Shown piece after piece: positions 25,732 through 40,559 of a stretch of 64,000 nt of DNA. Each line of letters opens with the position of its first letter. Positions within the stretch are counted from its first letter, which is position 1. Below the pieces are notes generated by a model that saw only the letters and a program-made list of their open reading frames with translations, ran no database searches and was not told where the DNA came from. Position numbers and translations under genes: made by a program. This DNA comes from the human T2T-CHM13v2.0 reference genome, Homo sapiens, in the NCBI RefSeq assembly GCF_009914755.1, contig NC_060926.1. One strand, 5' to 3'.

Positions 25732-26057
<326 letters not shown>

Positions 26058-26144
26058 TCCTTCATCTTTTCTATGTGCTTTGTTTGACACTTATTGAGGA
26101 TACAGTTGCTGAAGACCAGCTGAGTAGGACATAGGCTCTGTCAT

Positions 26145-26215
26145 GCATTAACTCATCCACCCATTCATTTATTCACTCATCTATTGAGCATCTGCTATGT
26201 GTCAGGCTCTATGCC
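26145..26215 (-). mobile_element. L2 3'-end fragment
   Basis: CATTCATTTATTCACTCATCTATTGAGCATCTGCTATGTGTCAGGC resembles the reverse-complemented L2 tail. Confidence 0.55.
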
Positions 26216-26220
26216 AAACT

Positions 26221-27490
26221 TTCTGTTCAGGAGCCAATATATCAATAACTACAGTGTAAGCTAAGTCATGCAATGAAAGACTTAGAGAATAGACACCAAG
26301 TTGAATATTAACCCAAGTAAATTATTGGAAGATATATTAGTTATCTAAAATAGGCTTAAAACAATAAACATTTATTATCACAATTTCTGTAGGTCCAGAA
26401 TCTGGACATGACTTAGCTTGATGTTTATGGCTCAAGACCTCTTGAGGTTTCAATAAAGGTGTTAGTCAGGGCTGCAGTCTCATCTGAAGGCTCATCTGGT
26501 TGGGGGTGGTGTCTGTATCTATGTGGTTATTGGCAGGCCTTGGTCCTCACTACACTGGAACTCTTCAAAGGGTTATCTCATGACACAGAAGCTAGCTTTC
26601 CCCAGGGTGAAGAATGTAAAAGAATGTGAGAACTCTTAAGACAGATGCTATAGTCTTTTCTATAACTTAATTTTGGAAGTGATATTCCATCACTTCTGCC
26701 ATATTCTTTGTTAGAATCAAGTCAGTAAATCCAGCCCAGATTCAAGTGAAAGGATTCCACAAGAGTGTGAGTACCAAGAGGTAGGGATATTGGGAGCCAT
26801 CTGAGAGGCTGCTTACCACAGAGGGCCAGCCAGTTAGGAAGTGGGTTCAGCTGCTGCTGTTAACAGGCTCGACCTAAGTGGCTTAAACACAGAAGAGTTG
26901 TTGTTGTTGTTGTTTTTTCTAATGAGAAATCTGGAGGCAGTCAGTTGCTGGCCTTGGCTCAAAGGCTGAGGGCACTGTGGTTCTTGTAGCCTTTCGCTTA
27001 TGGCCCTAAGCTGCTGGAACTCTTGCCATCATGTCTGCATTCCAAGCAGCAGAACAACAAGAAAAGAACAGGGGGAGAAGAGAAAGAGGGCACCAGCCCA
27101 CTGACTATCCTGTTCATCCTGGGAAGTACCACTCAACAAGCTCAACTCTCATTTCCACAGCCATCTCCAGCTGCTCAGGAGTCTGGGAAATGTAATCACA
27201 TGCACCATTATCCCCAAGTGCACCACTGCCTCCAGCCCCTTTCCACCTTTCAGTTATAGCCATAAACATCCAGTTAGCCATAAACATTCAGCTAATGCAT
27301 GTGCAGATTCTTGATCTACAGAAATTGTGATAGTAAATATTTATTGTTTTAAGTCTATCTTAGATCACTAACATATCCTCTACTTAACATTTCACTTGGG
27401 TTAATATTCAGCTTAGTGTCTATTCTCAAGTTTTCCATTGTATGTCTTCGTTCGCACTCTCCTCATTGAAATATTGGCTCCTGATTAGAA
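26221..27490. repeat. Diverged inverted duplication, arms 26221-26432 and 27276-27490
   Basis: The reverse complement of the right arm aligns to the left arm, with shared blocks TCAGGAGCCAATAT, GAGAATAGACAC, TGAATATTAACCCAAGT, CTTAAAACAATAAA, TATCACAATTTCTGTAG and ATGTTTATGGCT. Confidence 0.88.
26333..26820 (-). mobile_element. MaLR solo LTR (MLT1F/G-like)
   Basis: Begins TATATTAGTTATCTA...GGCTTAAAACAATAAACATTTATTATC and ends GAGGCTGCTTACCACA, matching the MLT1 antisense pattern. Confidence 0.75.
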
Positions 27491-28029
27491 TGCTTGAGTA
27501 CTGTTCTTTTATACCACCAAGCCTGCTCCTCAAGCCGATTTTGTGCCCCGCAAGCCAGCGATGGCTCTATTAATGGTTGTCCTTGTCTTTTATGAGTTCA
27601 TGTGACTGGGTGGGGGAGATTCAACACCCACCCTCATGCTGCTCACTCTCAAGTAAACAAGTAAGCCAACATTAGAGTCTCAGGGCTATGAATGGGAGCA
27701 CAGAAATCACAGTGCAACCTCCCAAGTACAGGTCAGGAAGCCTGGTTTAAATATTTGAAAGCAATTTGAGGAAGTTCCCAGTGGGAAATGAACTTGAGAA
27801 CTAGGTCATTCATATGTCCATTCAACATCTACCTTCTGCTTATCTGGAGTGTGCATGGCACTGCCTGGGGCCACTGCAGTGAATAAGAGAGATGAGAACC
27901 CAGGCAACTCCGAGAGACCCAGTCCCACCTGCTTTGCTGGCAGGGGCTTAGGATGCAGTCACTTTCCATTAAAGTCAGAGTCCTGGAGTCCCATCTGCTT
28001 TGCTTCTGCATTCCCTACAATGATGAGTG

Positions 28030-28230
28030 GTTAGGAGTCCAGGTCTCAGAGAAAGACTGTCTAGGTGTGGGTCCCCACCTTGTCACTTCTGTGTCCCCTT
28101 GTGTGAGCTGCTGGACATCTCTGGGCCTCAGTTTCCTAATTTATAATGTGGTTGCCTGTCAGAGGATTACATGAGAAGATGCATATTGCTTAGCGTAGTG
28201 CCAAGGGCATAGTAATAGCCCAACACTTAT
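28030..28230 (+). mobile_element. MIR SINE fragment
   Basis: CTCTGGGCCTCAGTTTCCTAATTTATAA...GAGGATTACATGAGA MIR core. Confidence 0.65.
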
Positions 28231-28236
28231 TAACCA

Positions 28237-28308
28237 CGTTGATGATGGCTATGGAGATGATGGTGATGATGACAATGATGTTGATGATGACAATGGTGAT
28301 GATTATGA
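28237..28308. repeat. Degenerate (GAT)n microsatellite
   Basis: GATGATGGTGATGATGACAATGATGTTGATGATGAC. Confidence 0.8.
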
Positions 28309-28741
28309 TTCAGTTTCTATTCTAAGATGTGGTTACAGTTTCCTAACTTTGGGAGATATGCCTATCTGTATATATCACGGCATAGTCTCTTTCTCTTATT
28401 GTAGAGAAAACACCTTCACATTATAGATGCACCGCTTGGCCTTCCTATCTCTCAGTGTAGAGGAGACTCTGGAATTCCTCTTGACTGGTCCAGATGCCCA
28501 CAAAATTCTACAGACAAGCAGCACCAAACTTAAGAGCATACATGTGATCCAAAATATTCTTTTAAAGTCAAAGCTGTCATTGCATTTTTCCAGAAATAAA
28601 ATGATAAAAACTGTGCACAGGACTGCTTATCATACTTAACTCTTAACACAGCTGACCTTTAAATGGCATTAAGAGTACCAACCTGAGTTCTGGGTCCTAG
28701 GAACCAGGAGGAGATAAAAGATTAAGAAATAGGGAAGGAGA

Positions 28742-29266
28742 GCCCGGGTGTGGTGGCTCACGCCTGTAATCCCAGCACTTTGGGAGGCTGAGGCGGGTGC
28801 ATCACCTGAGGTCAGGAGTTCGAGACTAGCTGGCCAACATGGTGAAACCCTGTCTCTACTAAAAATACAAAAATTAGCTGTTCTGCAGACTTGGGTCTAG
28901 AGGTGATCAGTTTTTCCCCAGCCAAAGCCCAAGGGCAGCCTTGCTCCTCTCTCCCTCCCCTGGCTTATGTTCCCCTGTGTATGACTGTGTCCCTCCAGCC
29001 CATGACCTATAGAGAATGCAGACCATCTCTCTGCCAGTGTTGGAGACCAGATCCCATGGAAGGGCACTCATGTCCAGCCTGGGGCCCCCTGCCTTGGCAG
29101 ACACTACTAGTTGACATAATCCAGCTACTTGGGAGGCTGGGACAGGAGAATTGCTTGAACCCAGGAGTCAGAGGTTGCAGTGAGCTGAGATTGCACTGCT
29201 GCACTCCAGCCTGAGTGACAGAGTGAGACTCTGTCTCAAAAAAAAAAAGAAAAAAAAAAAAAGAGA
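28742..29266 (+). mobile_element. AluS element interrupted by a 228-bp non-Alu insertion
   Basis: Left arm runs to ...TACAAAAATTAGCTG (28880). The right arm resumes TAATCCAGCTACTTGGGAGGCTG at 29117, followed by poly-A. TSD AAGAAA(T/C)AGGGAAGGA at 28724 and 29267. Confidence 0.92.
28889..29116 (+). repeat. Dispersed direct copy of 34377-34604
   Basis: 228 bp with no indels and about 9 mismatches counted by eye (~96%). Offset 5488. Confidence 0.95.
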
Positions 29267-30522
29267 AAGAAACAGGGAAGGAAAAATGACTGGAAGAAGA
29301 TGAATATGCTGAGCCACATTCTGAGATTGAGAAGTCTATCTATGATCACTTGCACCTCTTCTCTTCTGGGTAGTGTCTACTTCCCCACGTCCCTCTGCCA
29401 TTCTTTTGCTGAAGCCATGCCCACCTTACCATGGGGTGCAGGGCAGTGAAGAAGCAGCAAGCTGCGAAGGCTGAGCCATACCTGGAAAGAGTGACTGCTA
29501 AGTGCGTGTGTCCCTGGAGGCATTTGTTCCTTCACAAGGAAATGGTTGTGAACTCAAACTGGGTTCTAATTGTCAACATTCAAGGGAGTTGGCAAAAAGA
29601 GTCATTATTCAATAAACTATACCAAATACTACAGTATGTGCCTGGCATGTTGTAGATGCTGGAGACACAGGAGTGAACAAATAAGCAAAGCCCCTGCCCT
29701 GTCACTGCATTTCTGCAGAAAAGATGTTTTGCTTCAGGGAAGCCAAATCGCTCACCAGGAGCCTGGCCCCGAGTCCACTCTTGGGGTCAACACCCAGGGC
29801 TGCCCAGTGGGCTGTGTCTGCTGTCCCCCCGGTCCTAGCCCACAGGCTTTTTGAAATCTCCAGTGTGCTCGCCATGAGGAAAGCAGGGGTGAAGTCTGCT
29901 GGGCAGCCTTTGTCATGTCTGTGATTAAGGACGACTCTTTTCTGGAAATTAAAATGAGCAGTCCTGCTATCTCACCGTACAATCACTGGCATAGTTTACT
30001 TTTTTATTCTGTGTCTGGATTTTCCCCCTGGGGCTGCAGCAGTAAGCCTGCTTCCTTGGTTCAAAGCCAGTGTGTGTTTCTGCAAGAAAGAACTTCTGGA
30101 TCAGCAGGGCCCCTTAACAGGCTGCAAGCTGGCTCTTGAGAGGGAGCAGGCAGCCAAACAATATTTGGCCTGTCCTTCCCCTCCATGCCAGCCTTAGTTC
30201 TGGTTCCTGCTCAGTAGGCAAGGGGCAGCCCAGGACTTCAGAGGGAACCTGATAACTTGTCTTTGTGTGATTAAGGCTGGGTAGCAGAGCCCACTGAGAA
30301 CCAGCTATGCTTCACCATAAAAATAGAACTTAGCTCTGGGTACCAGGGAGTTTTAATAATGTGGAAAAATGCTTATGTTGTCATGTTAAGTGAAATAAAG
30401 TAGAGTCCTAAGCAATGTATACAGTGTAACTACAACTCTGTAAACAGAGAGAGAGCAGAAGGAAATATAGGAAAATATTAATAGTGTGTGGCTTTGGAAG
30501 GTGGGATTAATATGCTCTACTT

Positions 30523-30840
<318 letters not shown>

Positions 30841-32223
30841 CTAGGTTATCCCCAGGCAGCATTTATAACTTTTATAATCATACAAAAATAAACTTTATAT
30901 TAAAATATACATATTTTGCATATTTTAATACTTTTCCCCAGCTTTAAGAATATCTGATAAAAGAAATTTATGTTACTCTAACGAGCAGCTGCTATCTTGG
31001 TTAATTCATATTTTTTCACAATTAATAATATAAACATTAAACAGAAACTGGTGGGAGCAATTGTCCATTGGGTAATCAGTGGGCGAAACTGCCCATGAAA
31101 TGAAAGCAAAACAAAAAACAATATGAAAATAAAAACAAAAAATCCACAAACTACATCAGAAATGAATTTCCTCTTTGGGACATGCTGAAAAATATCCTGG
31201 GTAAAATCAAGGTATTTTGCAATTATTTTTCAAGTAAATATTGTACAGAGGGACGCAGTGATCAATGCTGCTTTCCTTTACTGCTTTGCAGGCCTGTCTA
31301 GAAACTTTAGTGGCCAGAGAGGCGGCCTGCAGGCTCAGGGATAACTGTCTTGCCAACAAGGAACTTGTTAAGTTCCTTGTTGCAGTTTCCTACTATGAAA
31401 ATGTGGGGTAGTTTTGTGGGAAACTGTTAGTTCCCTAGTCAATTTCTGAAAGATCTAAGAGAATAAGGAAGTTCACCAAATCGCAAATTACGGTGGGGTT
31501 ACAGCCACACTGCAGATTTTTACAATGTGGTACCCAGAGTTGATTAGGATGGGGCCCACTGTATCAATTACACTTAACGGTTCGTTGCATATAGCAGAAA
31601 CCTACAATAACAAAGGCTCGAATACAAGACATTTTATTGTTTCACATAAAAGAAATCCAGAGGATAATGGGTCTGGGGTTACCTGGCCACTGCTCATCCC
31701 TGCTAACTCAGGCTCCTTCGACCTCTTCACCCTGCCTCTCCCCAGTGGTGGCCACCCCCAGCTGCAAGGGCGATAACACACGTGGAGTTGTTCTAGGAAG
31801 AATTATTTTGTGCCCAGCTGAAAATCAGGGGCTTGATTATCAGGGAAGGGGGAGAACACATGTGGGGTTAGGCAATCAGCAGTCACTGCCGTGGCCATGA
31901 CTGGAGCATGTCGAATGTTCTGAGGCCTCCAGGGGGTGCATGGCAGTCTCTCAGTAGTGTGCAACTTGGCCTTTCTCGACCCAGAAGCCTATAAACAGAT
32001 AATAAAGCAATAAATTAGCTGCCACACACAGCTCGGTACCCTACAGTAGAACAGGGGCAGGATAATAGCAACAGCACCACCATTCCAAGAGGAGCAGACA
32101 GGAGGCACACAGGGGCCCCTGCCTAGCAATAAACCTTCTGAGCATGCAGTGGGAGGCCTTTCCCCCTGGTTTTCTGGTTTATCCCTGGGGAACCTCTCTA
32201 CTCACTGTCCTCTGGGGCCCCTA

Positions 32224-32700
<477 letters not shown>

Positions 32701-32709
32701 GGGAGGGCG

Positions 32710-33075
32710 GTGAAATTCAGGTAACATAAAATTACCATTTAAAAATGAACAAATTCAGTGGCATTTAGGACAACCACAACGTCGTACAACCACCACTTCT
32801 GTCTGGTTCCAGAACATTTTCCTCACCCCAAAAGGAAACCTTGTACTCATTAAGCAATTATTCTCATTCCCACCTCCCCCCCCAGCCCCTGACAACCGCT
32901 AAACTACTTTCTATCTGAATGGACTTGCCTATTCTGAATATTTCATATCAATGGAATCATGTAGTGTGTGTCCACTTTGCATAATGTATTCAAGGCTTGT
33001 CCATGTTGAAGCATGTATTAATATTTCATTCTTTTTATGGCTGAATAATATTCCAATTTATCCATAAAATATATT
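32710..33075 (-). mobile_element. Old L1 (L1MB-like) 3' UTR fragment
   Basis: AATTCAGTGGCATTTAG...CAGCCCCTGACAACC...ATGGAATCATGTAG...GGCTGAATAATATTCC. Confidence 0.75.
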
Positions 33076-34376
33076 TTTAACTCATGGTTTCTTTGACAAT
33101 TCAGGATCCACAAAAACACAGTCAGCTTCTGACCTAGTTGCTTCTCATCAGCTCCCTGGCTGCAGTCACACTGAATTCTTGCCAAGACCTATGCCTCAGA
33201 CCTGCTTTATTGCTTTTCTTTTGTGCCCCTTCCCTCACTCTCATTTGATGGAATGGTGGCTACCTTGACTCTTCCCGGAACACCATATGGCAAACGCCAG
33301 TCCTTTCCCTTCATCTCATTCTGAGCCGCTTCAGACCTTGACCACTCAAAGGCCAGCACAGTCTCATCTCTAATATTTGGGCTTTATAAGCAGTCGACTT
33401 TTCTGACTTTGCAAAGCCCTGAATTTCTGAACTCTATTCCTTTCCTAAGAACAACAATTCCGTTGACTTCTAAACAGCATTGGTTGCATCACCAAGGGGA
33501 AAAAAATAAACCAAAAAAAACCAAAAAACCCAAAAACCCCAAACCTCTGCCAGTTAAACCATGTCATGCCGTATAAAGCAAGTGCCATTACAATGTGAAA
33601 AAGAAATATGCACCGCAGAGTTGACGACGTGCAGTAAAACAGTACCGATATGAATGGCTGACATTAGTTGAGGTTCTACGCTGTGTCAGGCATTGTGAAT
33701 CTTTTGAGAGAGATGTCAGAATTGTTATCTTTCTTTTACAGAGGAGGCAGTGGAGGCAGAGTGAGGTTCACACCCAGCAACCCTCACTCAGAAGGCTTCT
33801 GCTTGGGTAGAGCTTGCATTGGCCAAACCTCATCCACTTGCCATTCATTCAGTCATTCAGTGACAAGTGTTTATGGTCACCTGTGGGAGTGTGTGTGTGG
33901 GAAGGGTGGAAAATTTCCCTCTTGGTGTTTTCGATTTAGTGGAGGAGTAAAGCCTTGCAGCAAAATATGAAAGATCATTCAAACATTAGGGACTCAAGTG
34001 AACGCAAAGGAGTTGGGGAAAGTTCCGCTTAGCTAGTGACATTTGAATCTGGTCTTCAAGACGAAGAAGGAATTTGCTTGGAGAGAGGGGCTGGAGGAGA
34101 AATGAGCAGGCTGGGGGTGGGGGGAGCACAGGTGTAGGCAGGGAGAATAGAAAAGGGGCTTTTGGTTTGAGACCCTGCGAGGAGGCAGCATGGAGGAAGG
34201 GGCTGCAGGGAGCTTTGGGGTTGGGGAGAGGATGCAGCTGGAGGAGTCCCTGATGTCACTTGGGTATTATTAATGTCAATAATCAGCTTATATAGAATGA
34301 CCTTCTCACTAGAATAAACAGTCATAACTGTGGTGCTTTAATCAACATGACAGCATTGGAGACTCTACTCAAACTC

Positions 34377-34604
34377 ACTTGGGTCTAGAGGGGATCAGTT
34401 TTTCCCCAGCCAAAGCCCAAGGGCAGCCTTGCTCCTCTCTCCCTCCCCTGGCTCATGTTCCTCTGTGTACAACTGTGTCCCTCCAGCCCATGACCTATAG
34501 AGAATGCAGACCTCCCCTCTGCCAGTGTTGGAGACCAGATCCCATGGAAGGGCACTCATGTCCAGCCTGGGGCCCCCTGCCTTGGCAGACACTACTACTT
34601 GACA
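34377..34604 (+). repeat. Probable source copy of the 228-bp segment found inside the Alu at 28889
   Basis: Same sequence, here embedded in non-Alu flanks. Confidence 0.9.
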
Positions 34605-35085
34605 ACAGATACCCCTCTCCCCTTCTTGCTTAATTTAAAAAAATTCTATTTCAGATGGCATTGTGTCAGTTGAAAGATCACATTTTCTAGACTAGTCTGC
34701 AGCTAGGTGAGCCCAGGTGATCTAGTTCCATATGTGGAACCATTATGTGGAATTTTCAGTAGGCTCCGTCACGGTGGGAAGAGATGGCGTTACACATTTT
34801 TCTGTCGTCCCTCACTTCCTCCTACTGTCAATATGGGGAATACGGACTTGCTGGCTGGAGTGCCAGCAGCCATCCTGGGCTGTGAAGCCACTTTGAAGAT
34901 GAAAGCCAGGCTCTGGGATGGTGGATCAGGAAGACAGGGGCCCAATTTCCTAGCAATGCTTTGGGGCTGCACCCTCGGCCTGTGCTTCCTATGCCAGGCT
35001 ACTTTTACATGAAAGAGAAAAAGAAGTCCTGACTTAATGCATTGCTGTATTTTTCCAGAAATGTGCAGCCAGACCTAATGATAGG
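34600..35085. mobile_element. ERVL LTR (LTR33/LTR16-like), degenerate
   Basis: GGCTGGAGTGCCAGCAGCCATCCTG...TTGAAGATGAAAGCCA...GGATGGTGGA resembles the LTR33 core. Confidence 0.55.
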
Positions 35086-36599
35086 TGGTTTAGGGTGGGA
35101 AGCAGAGTAAGATGACAGAACTTTAGGACCACATGAAGGGAAGGAGAGGGTCCCCCAGGAAAGGGTGCAGTTTGTTAGACAGAACAATAGCATATCCGTT
35201 ACAAAGAGCTGCCATTTGCTGGGCGCTAAGGGCCTGGCCCTCTGTGAACCTCACCATCTGCATCATCTCACTTCATCCTCACCAGGGTGGGGGCATGAGG
35301 ACTCTCTCATGACCAGGGCTATTCTCAATTTACAAATGAGGAAACAAAGGCTCAGGAAGGGCTCTTTCTCAAGGCCACTGAGTTGGGAGCTACGTTCCAC
35401 TCTGGGTCTGTTTGTTTCAGGGACAAACCTTGAAGCCACACAAGGGCCCCGAGAAACTGTGCAGATGTGAAACCCAGAGTGGCCCGATCAGATCTATGAC
35501 TTTGTGTCATCACAAAAGTGAAAGAAGCAGTTCACAGAAGGAGTGGAGTGTGCAGGTCAGAGGCAGGAAGGACAGGCAGACACTGTGATGATGATAGGCT
35601 GTGAAGAGGTGGGCGATGCCTGGGATGGGAGGGACTGTGTTGGACCCAGTGCTGACCTGAGAACCTCCTCTCAGGCCCTCAGTCAGGCTGGCCCCTGTTA
35701 GACATGAGATTTGACTCACTGGTTCCCATTAACAGCCACTAGAGATGAATGCACTCTATCAAGTCCATGTCTGATTAAATTCAACAACTCAGGAGTAGTG
35801 GTCAGGAAGTGTGCTGATTTTTTTTCAATACAGGTAAAGTTTTTAATTATGAACTTTTCAGAGGGCAAACTCAGATTGCTTAGGGTGTATTTGTCCTTGT
35901 AGTGTTTTTGAGGGAGTCATTAGCGGCATGGAATAATTAAGTGAAAATTAAGAAGCTATGAAAGAATCACTCAGCTAAGAAACAAGATGGTAGATCAGGC
36001 TCCGTCTGATCTCTTGGCAGTATGCATTAGACCAAAGGGTTATTTAGGTGTCAAGGATTTTGTTTTGCCAGTTATCAAGCCTAAGAAACTTCCCAGTTAC
36101 ATCAAATCAAGCAAAATGATGAAGGCTATCATCCACCCTTGCTTACAACAAAAAGAAACCACTTATAAGTTCTTCCCGTTAGCCAAAACTGAAGAATTTA
36201 AACTGCCTTGGCTCTTAATAATAGTTTTACTTTATGGTTTTCTTGCTAGTATTTCAAATACATAGTCTGTCTTCACCAAACTAGAAATAGTTGATACCAA
36301 GAAAAACGTGTTTGCCCGGACTGAATGATGTCATTGCACACTCACGGACCATGCACTCTTTAGCAGCACCCATCTAATTCCATGCTGACCTGCCTTCTCC
36401 ATTTGTAGGATAACTGCAATACTCAGAAGCCGGCTGGTGGATCCCAGGCCTCTATCATTCAATTGCCATCACTGTACTTGGTGGAGCCTCAAAGGATGCT
36501 CCAGATCCCATTTTCCTGCTTCCCTTTTTGAAAGCATTGTCTATGGGTGCTGCACCCACTCCCTGCAGCCAAGCTCCTGTGCCTCACTCATGGAGGCTG

Positions 36600-38100
<1,501 letters not shown>

Positions 38101-38487
38101 AGTCCCAAACTTACTGTCTTTTGCTCCATGTGTTCTGATATCTTCTTTATTATGGTCTGCTTTGTTGAGTAATGTGTTATGATCATCGAGATTTACTCAT
38201 AGGCACTGAGTTTCAAAAGATGATGCATATTTAGTGTATGATTCATTTATTTAAAATTCTAGACTTTTGACTGCAGCCTGTGACTCAAATACTGTATTGG
38301 TGGAAAAACTTTCAAATCATCAACCACACGTATTTGGGTTTTACCAGCTCCATGGCACATACGAAAAATAGCCAGTACTTAGAGATTGTTCTTATTATCA
38401 TCCTAGACATTTGTGGATATTAATTTTTAATTCTTATATAACCCTATGAGTATGAAACTCTTATCCCCATTTTGTAAATTGGCTGAA

Positions 38488-39337
38488 TGTGTCAGTTCTC
38501 TAATGCTGTGTAACAAATTCCTGCAAATGGAGTGACATTAAAACAAACCCCATCTATGAGTTCACAGTTCTGTGGGGCAGAAGTCTGGGCAGACTCCACT
38601 GGGTTCTCTGCTCAGGGTCACACAAACCAAAATCAAGATGTCAAAGGGGTTGGGTTCATGTCTGGAGGCTTTAGGGGAAAATTGACTTGCAAGCTTATCG
38701 GAGTTGTTGGTGGAATCCAATTCCTTCTGGCTATAACTTAGAGGTATCTGTTTTACTGCTGGCTGTCAGCTGGGGGTTGCTCTTAGTGCTTAAAGACCTC
38801 CCGAATTCCTGACACGTGACCTTCTCCTGCTTTGCGTCTCTGACTTCCTCTTCTGCTTTCAGCCAGAGAAAACGCGCTGCAATTTTTTTTTTTTTTTTTT
38901 TTTGAGACAAGGTCTCATTCTGTCACCCATGCTGGAGTGCAATGGCATGATCACAGCTCACTGCAGCCTCTCTGAGTAGCTGGGACTACAGGCATGCACC
39001 ACCATGTCTGGCTAAATTTTTAATTTTTTTTATAGGTAAGGTCTCACCATGTTGCTAGCTGGTCTTGAGCTCCTAGATTCAAGTGATTCTTCCGCCTCAG
39101 GCTTCCAAAGTGTTGGGATTTCTGGTGTGAGCCACCACGCCTGGCCAATGCCTTGCTTTTAAAGGGCTCACCTGACTGGGTCAGGCCTACTCATCTATTC
39201 TCCTTATTTTGTGGTCAGTTAACTTGGACTTTATTATACTTACAAAATCCTCTTGCAGTATTACCTATTATTAGTGTTTGACTGAAAAAGCAGAGACAGG
39301 AATCTTGGGGAAGTATCTTTAGAATTCTGCCCACTGC
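38488..39337 (-). mobile_element. MaLR LTR (MLT1E-like), interrupted by an Alu
   Basis: TGTGTCAGTT...GCTGTGTAACAAATT...CACAGTTCTGTGGGGCAGAAGTCTGGG, ending TTAGAATTCTGCCCAC. Confidence 0.7.
38883..39146 (-). mobile_element. AluJ-like element with internal deletion
   Basis: Poly-T and Alu body. CACTGCAGCCTC joins directly to TCTGAGTAGCTGGG, so about 35 bp of the consensus is missing. Confidence 0.85.
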
Positions 39338-39875
39338 CCTGAGGTTCAGAGAAGTTAGGTGATTTATCCAAGGTCATACAACCAGCAGTGGAAACCAGAT
39401 TCAAATCAAGGCATTCTGGCCCCCAGAGTCTATGACCTTGAATAATACCCTGCAGTGTGACGAGAATCCAGTGCTGCATTGGAAATTCTGCTGGGCAGAT
39501 TTTCTGACAATCTGATGTAGCCATGCAGGTGAGACGCACTGGGCTACTTTGTTCATAAGGACCGGAACTATCCATGGTGCCTTGTCTCCTCACTCCCATC
39601 ACCTCCGATGTAACCGAAGACAGACATGACCAAAGAAGTCAGGACTCTGCTTTTCAATGGATTGAACCCACGGATGCTGCACCATTTTCCACGAGTCAGC
39701 AGCACCATTTCCAGGTTTTTGCTGCCCCCAGAACTTGGTTACCCCTCAAATCCTTTCATCATCAGCATGAGTGAAATCAATGTGACTCCCATTAACAAGA
39801 ATATTATTATTGTGCACATGAGAATTAAGCCCAAAATGCAATCTGTGCTCACACAGGTTTGATGATGGATGGATG

Positions 39876-40087
39876 CAGTGGTGTGCTGGCAGTGACTTGT
39901 TCTGGGTTTTGGAACTAATTTGTTCATCTCTGCCCAACTCACTTTCAGTGAGAGCATGCTGGTAGTTTGCAATTGGCAATTGGGGAGAATTTACACTAGA
40001 GAAATCAGCAAACACTACAAATTAGGGTTTGCTTTATTCATTTATATTTGAAGATGTGATTGCTAAACATTTGCCAGCACACCTCTG
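39876..40087 (+). mobile_element. MER63A-like non-autonomous hAT DNA transposon
   Basis: Terminal inverted repeats CAGTGGTGTGCTGGCA...TGCCAGCACACCTCTG and an 8-bp flanking repeat GATGGATG on both sides. About 210 bp long. Confidence 0.85.
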
Positions 40088-40559
40088 GATGGATGGATGG
40101 TAGATGGAAGTGGTGAGAGCCAAGAGAGCTTGGGGATTCCAGCTTTCATAACCAGAAGCATGGACATTCTTGGAATGCTTATGGGGGTGTGGAGGGAGGA
40201 CCCCCAGCGTCAGCCCAGGAGAATGAGTCTTGTGAGCTGGGAGATGAAGTCTCTAAATAAGTGAGAAGGGAGGTGATTTGAGCTAGGAATCTTGGCAAAT
40301 AGCCCCAGGGCAGAGGCAGAGGGGAGGAGAAAAAAGAACCATCAGAGCCAGGAAGATCAGTGGAAAACTGGAGGCCTCACAGAAAGCAAGGGCCTTGCTT
40401 GAGCAGAATGATGCCTCTTGAGTTTCTTAAAAAGGAAAAGGTAGGGGTAAGGGGCTGTTTAATCTATTAATACTTCAGCCCACTCTCAGCACCCAAATAA
40501 TAGGGTGGGTGCATCAAATCTTGGTAGCCATATACATAAGAATACTTGTAGGGGTTGTT

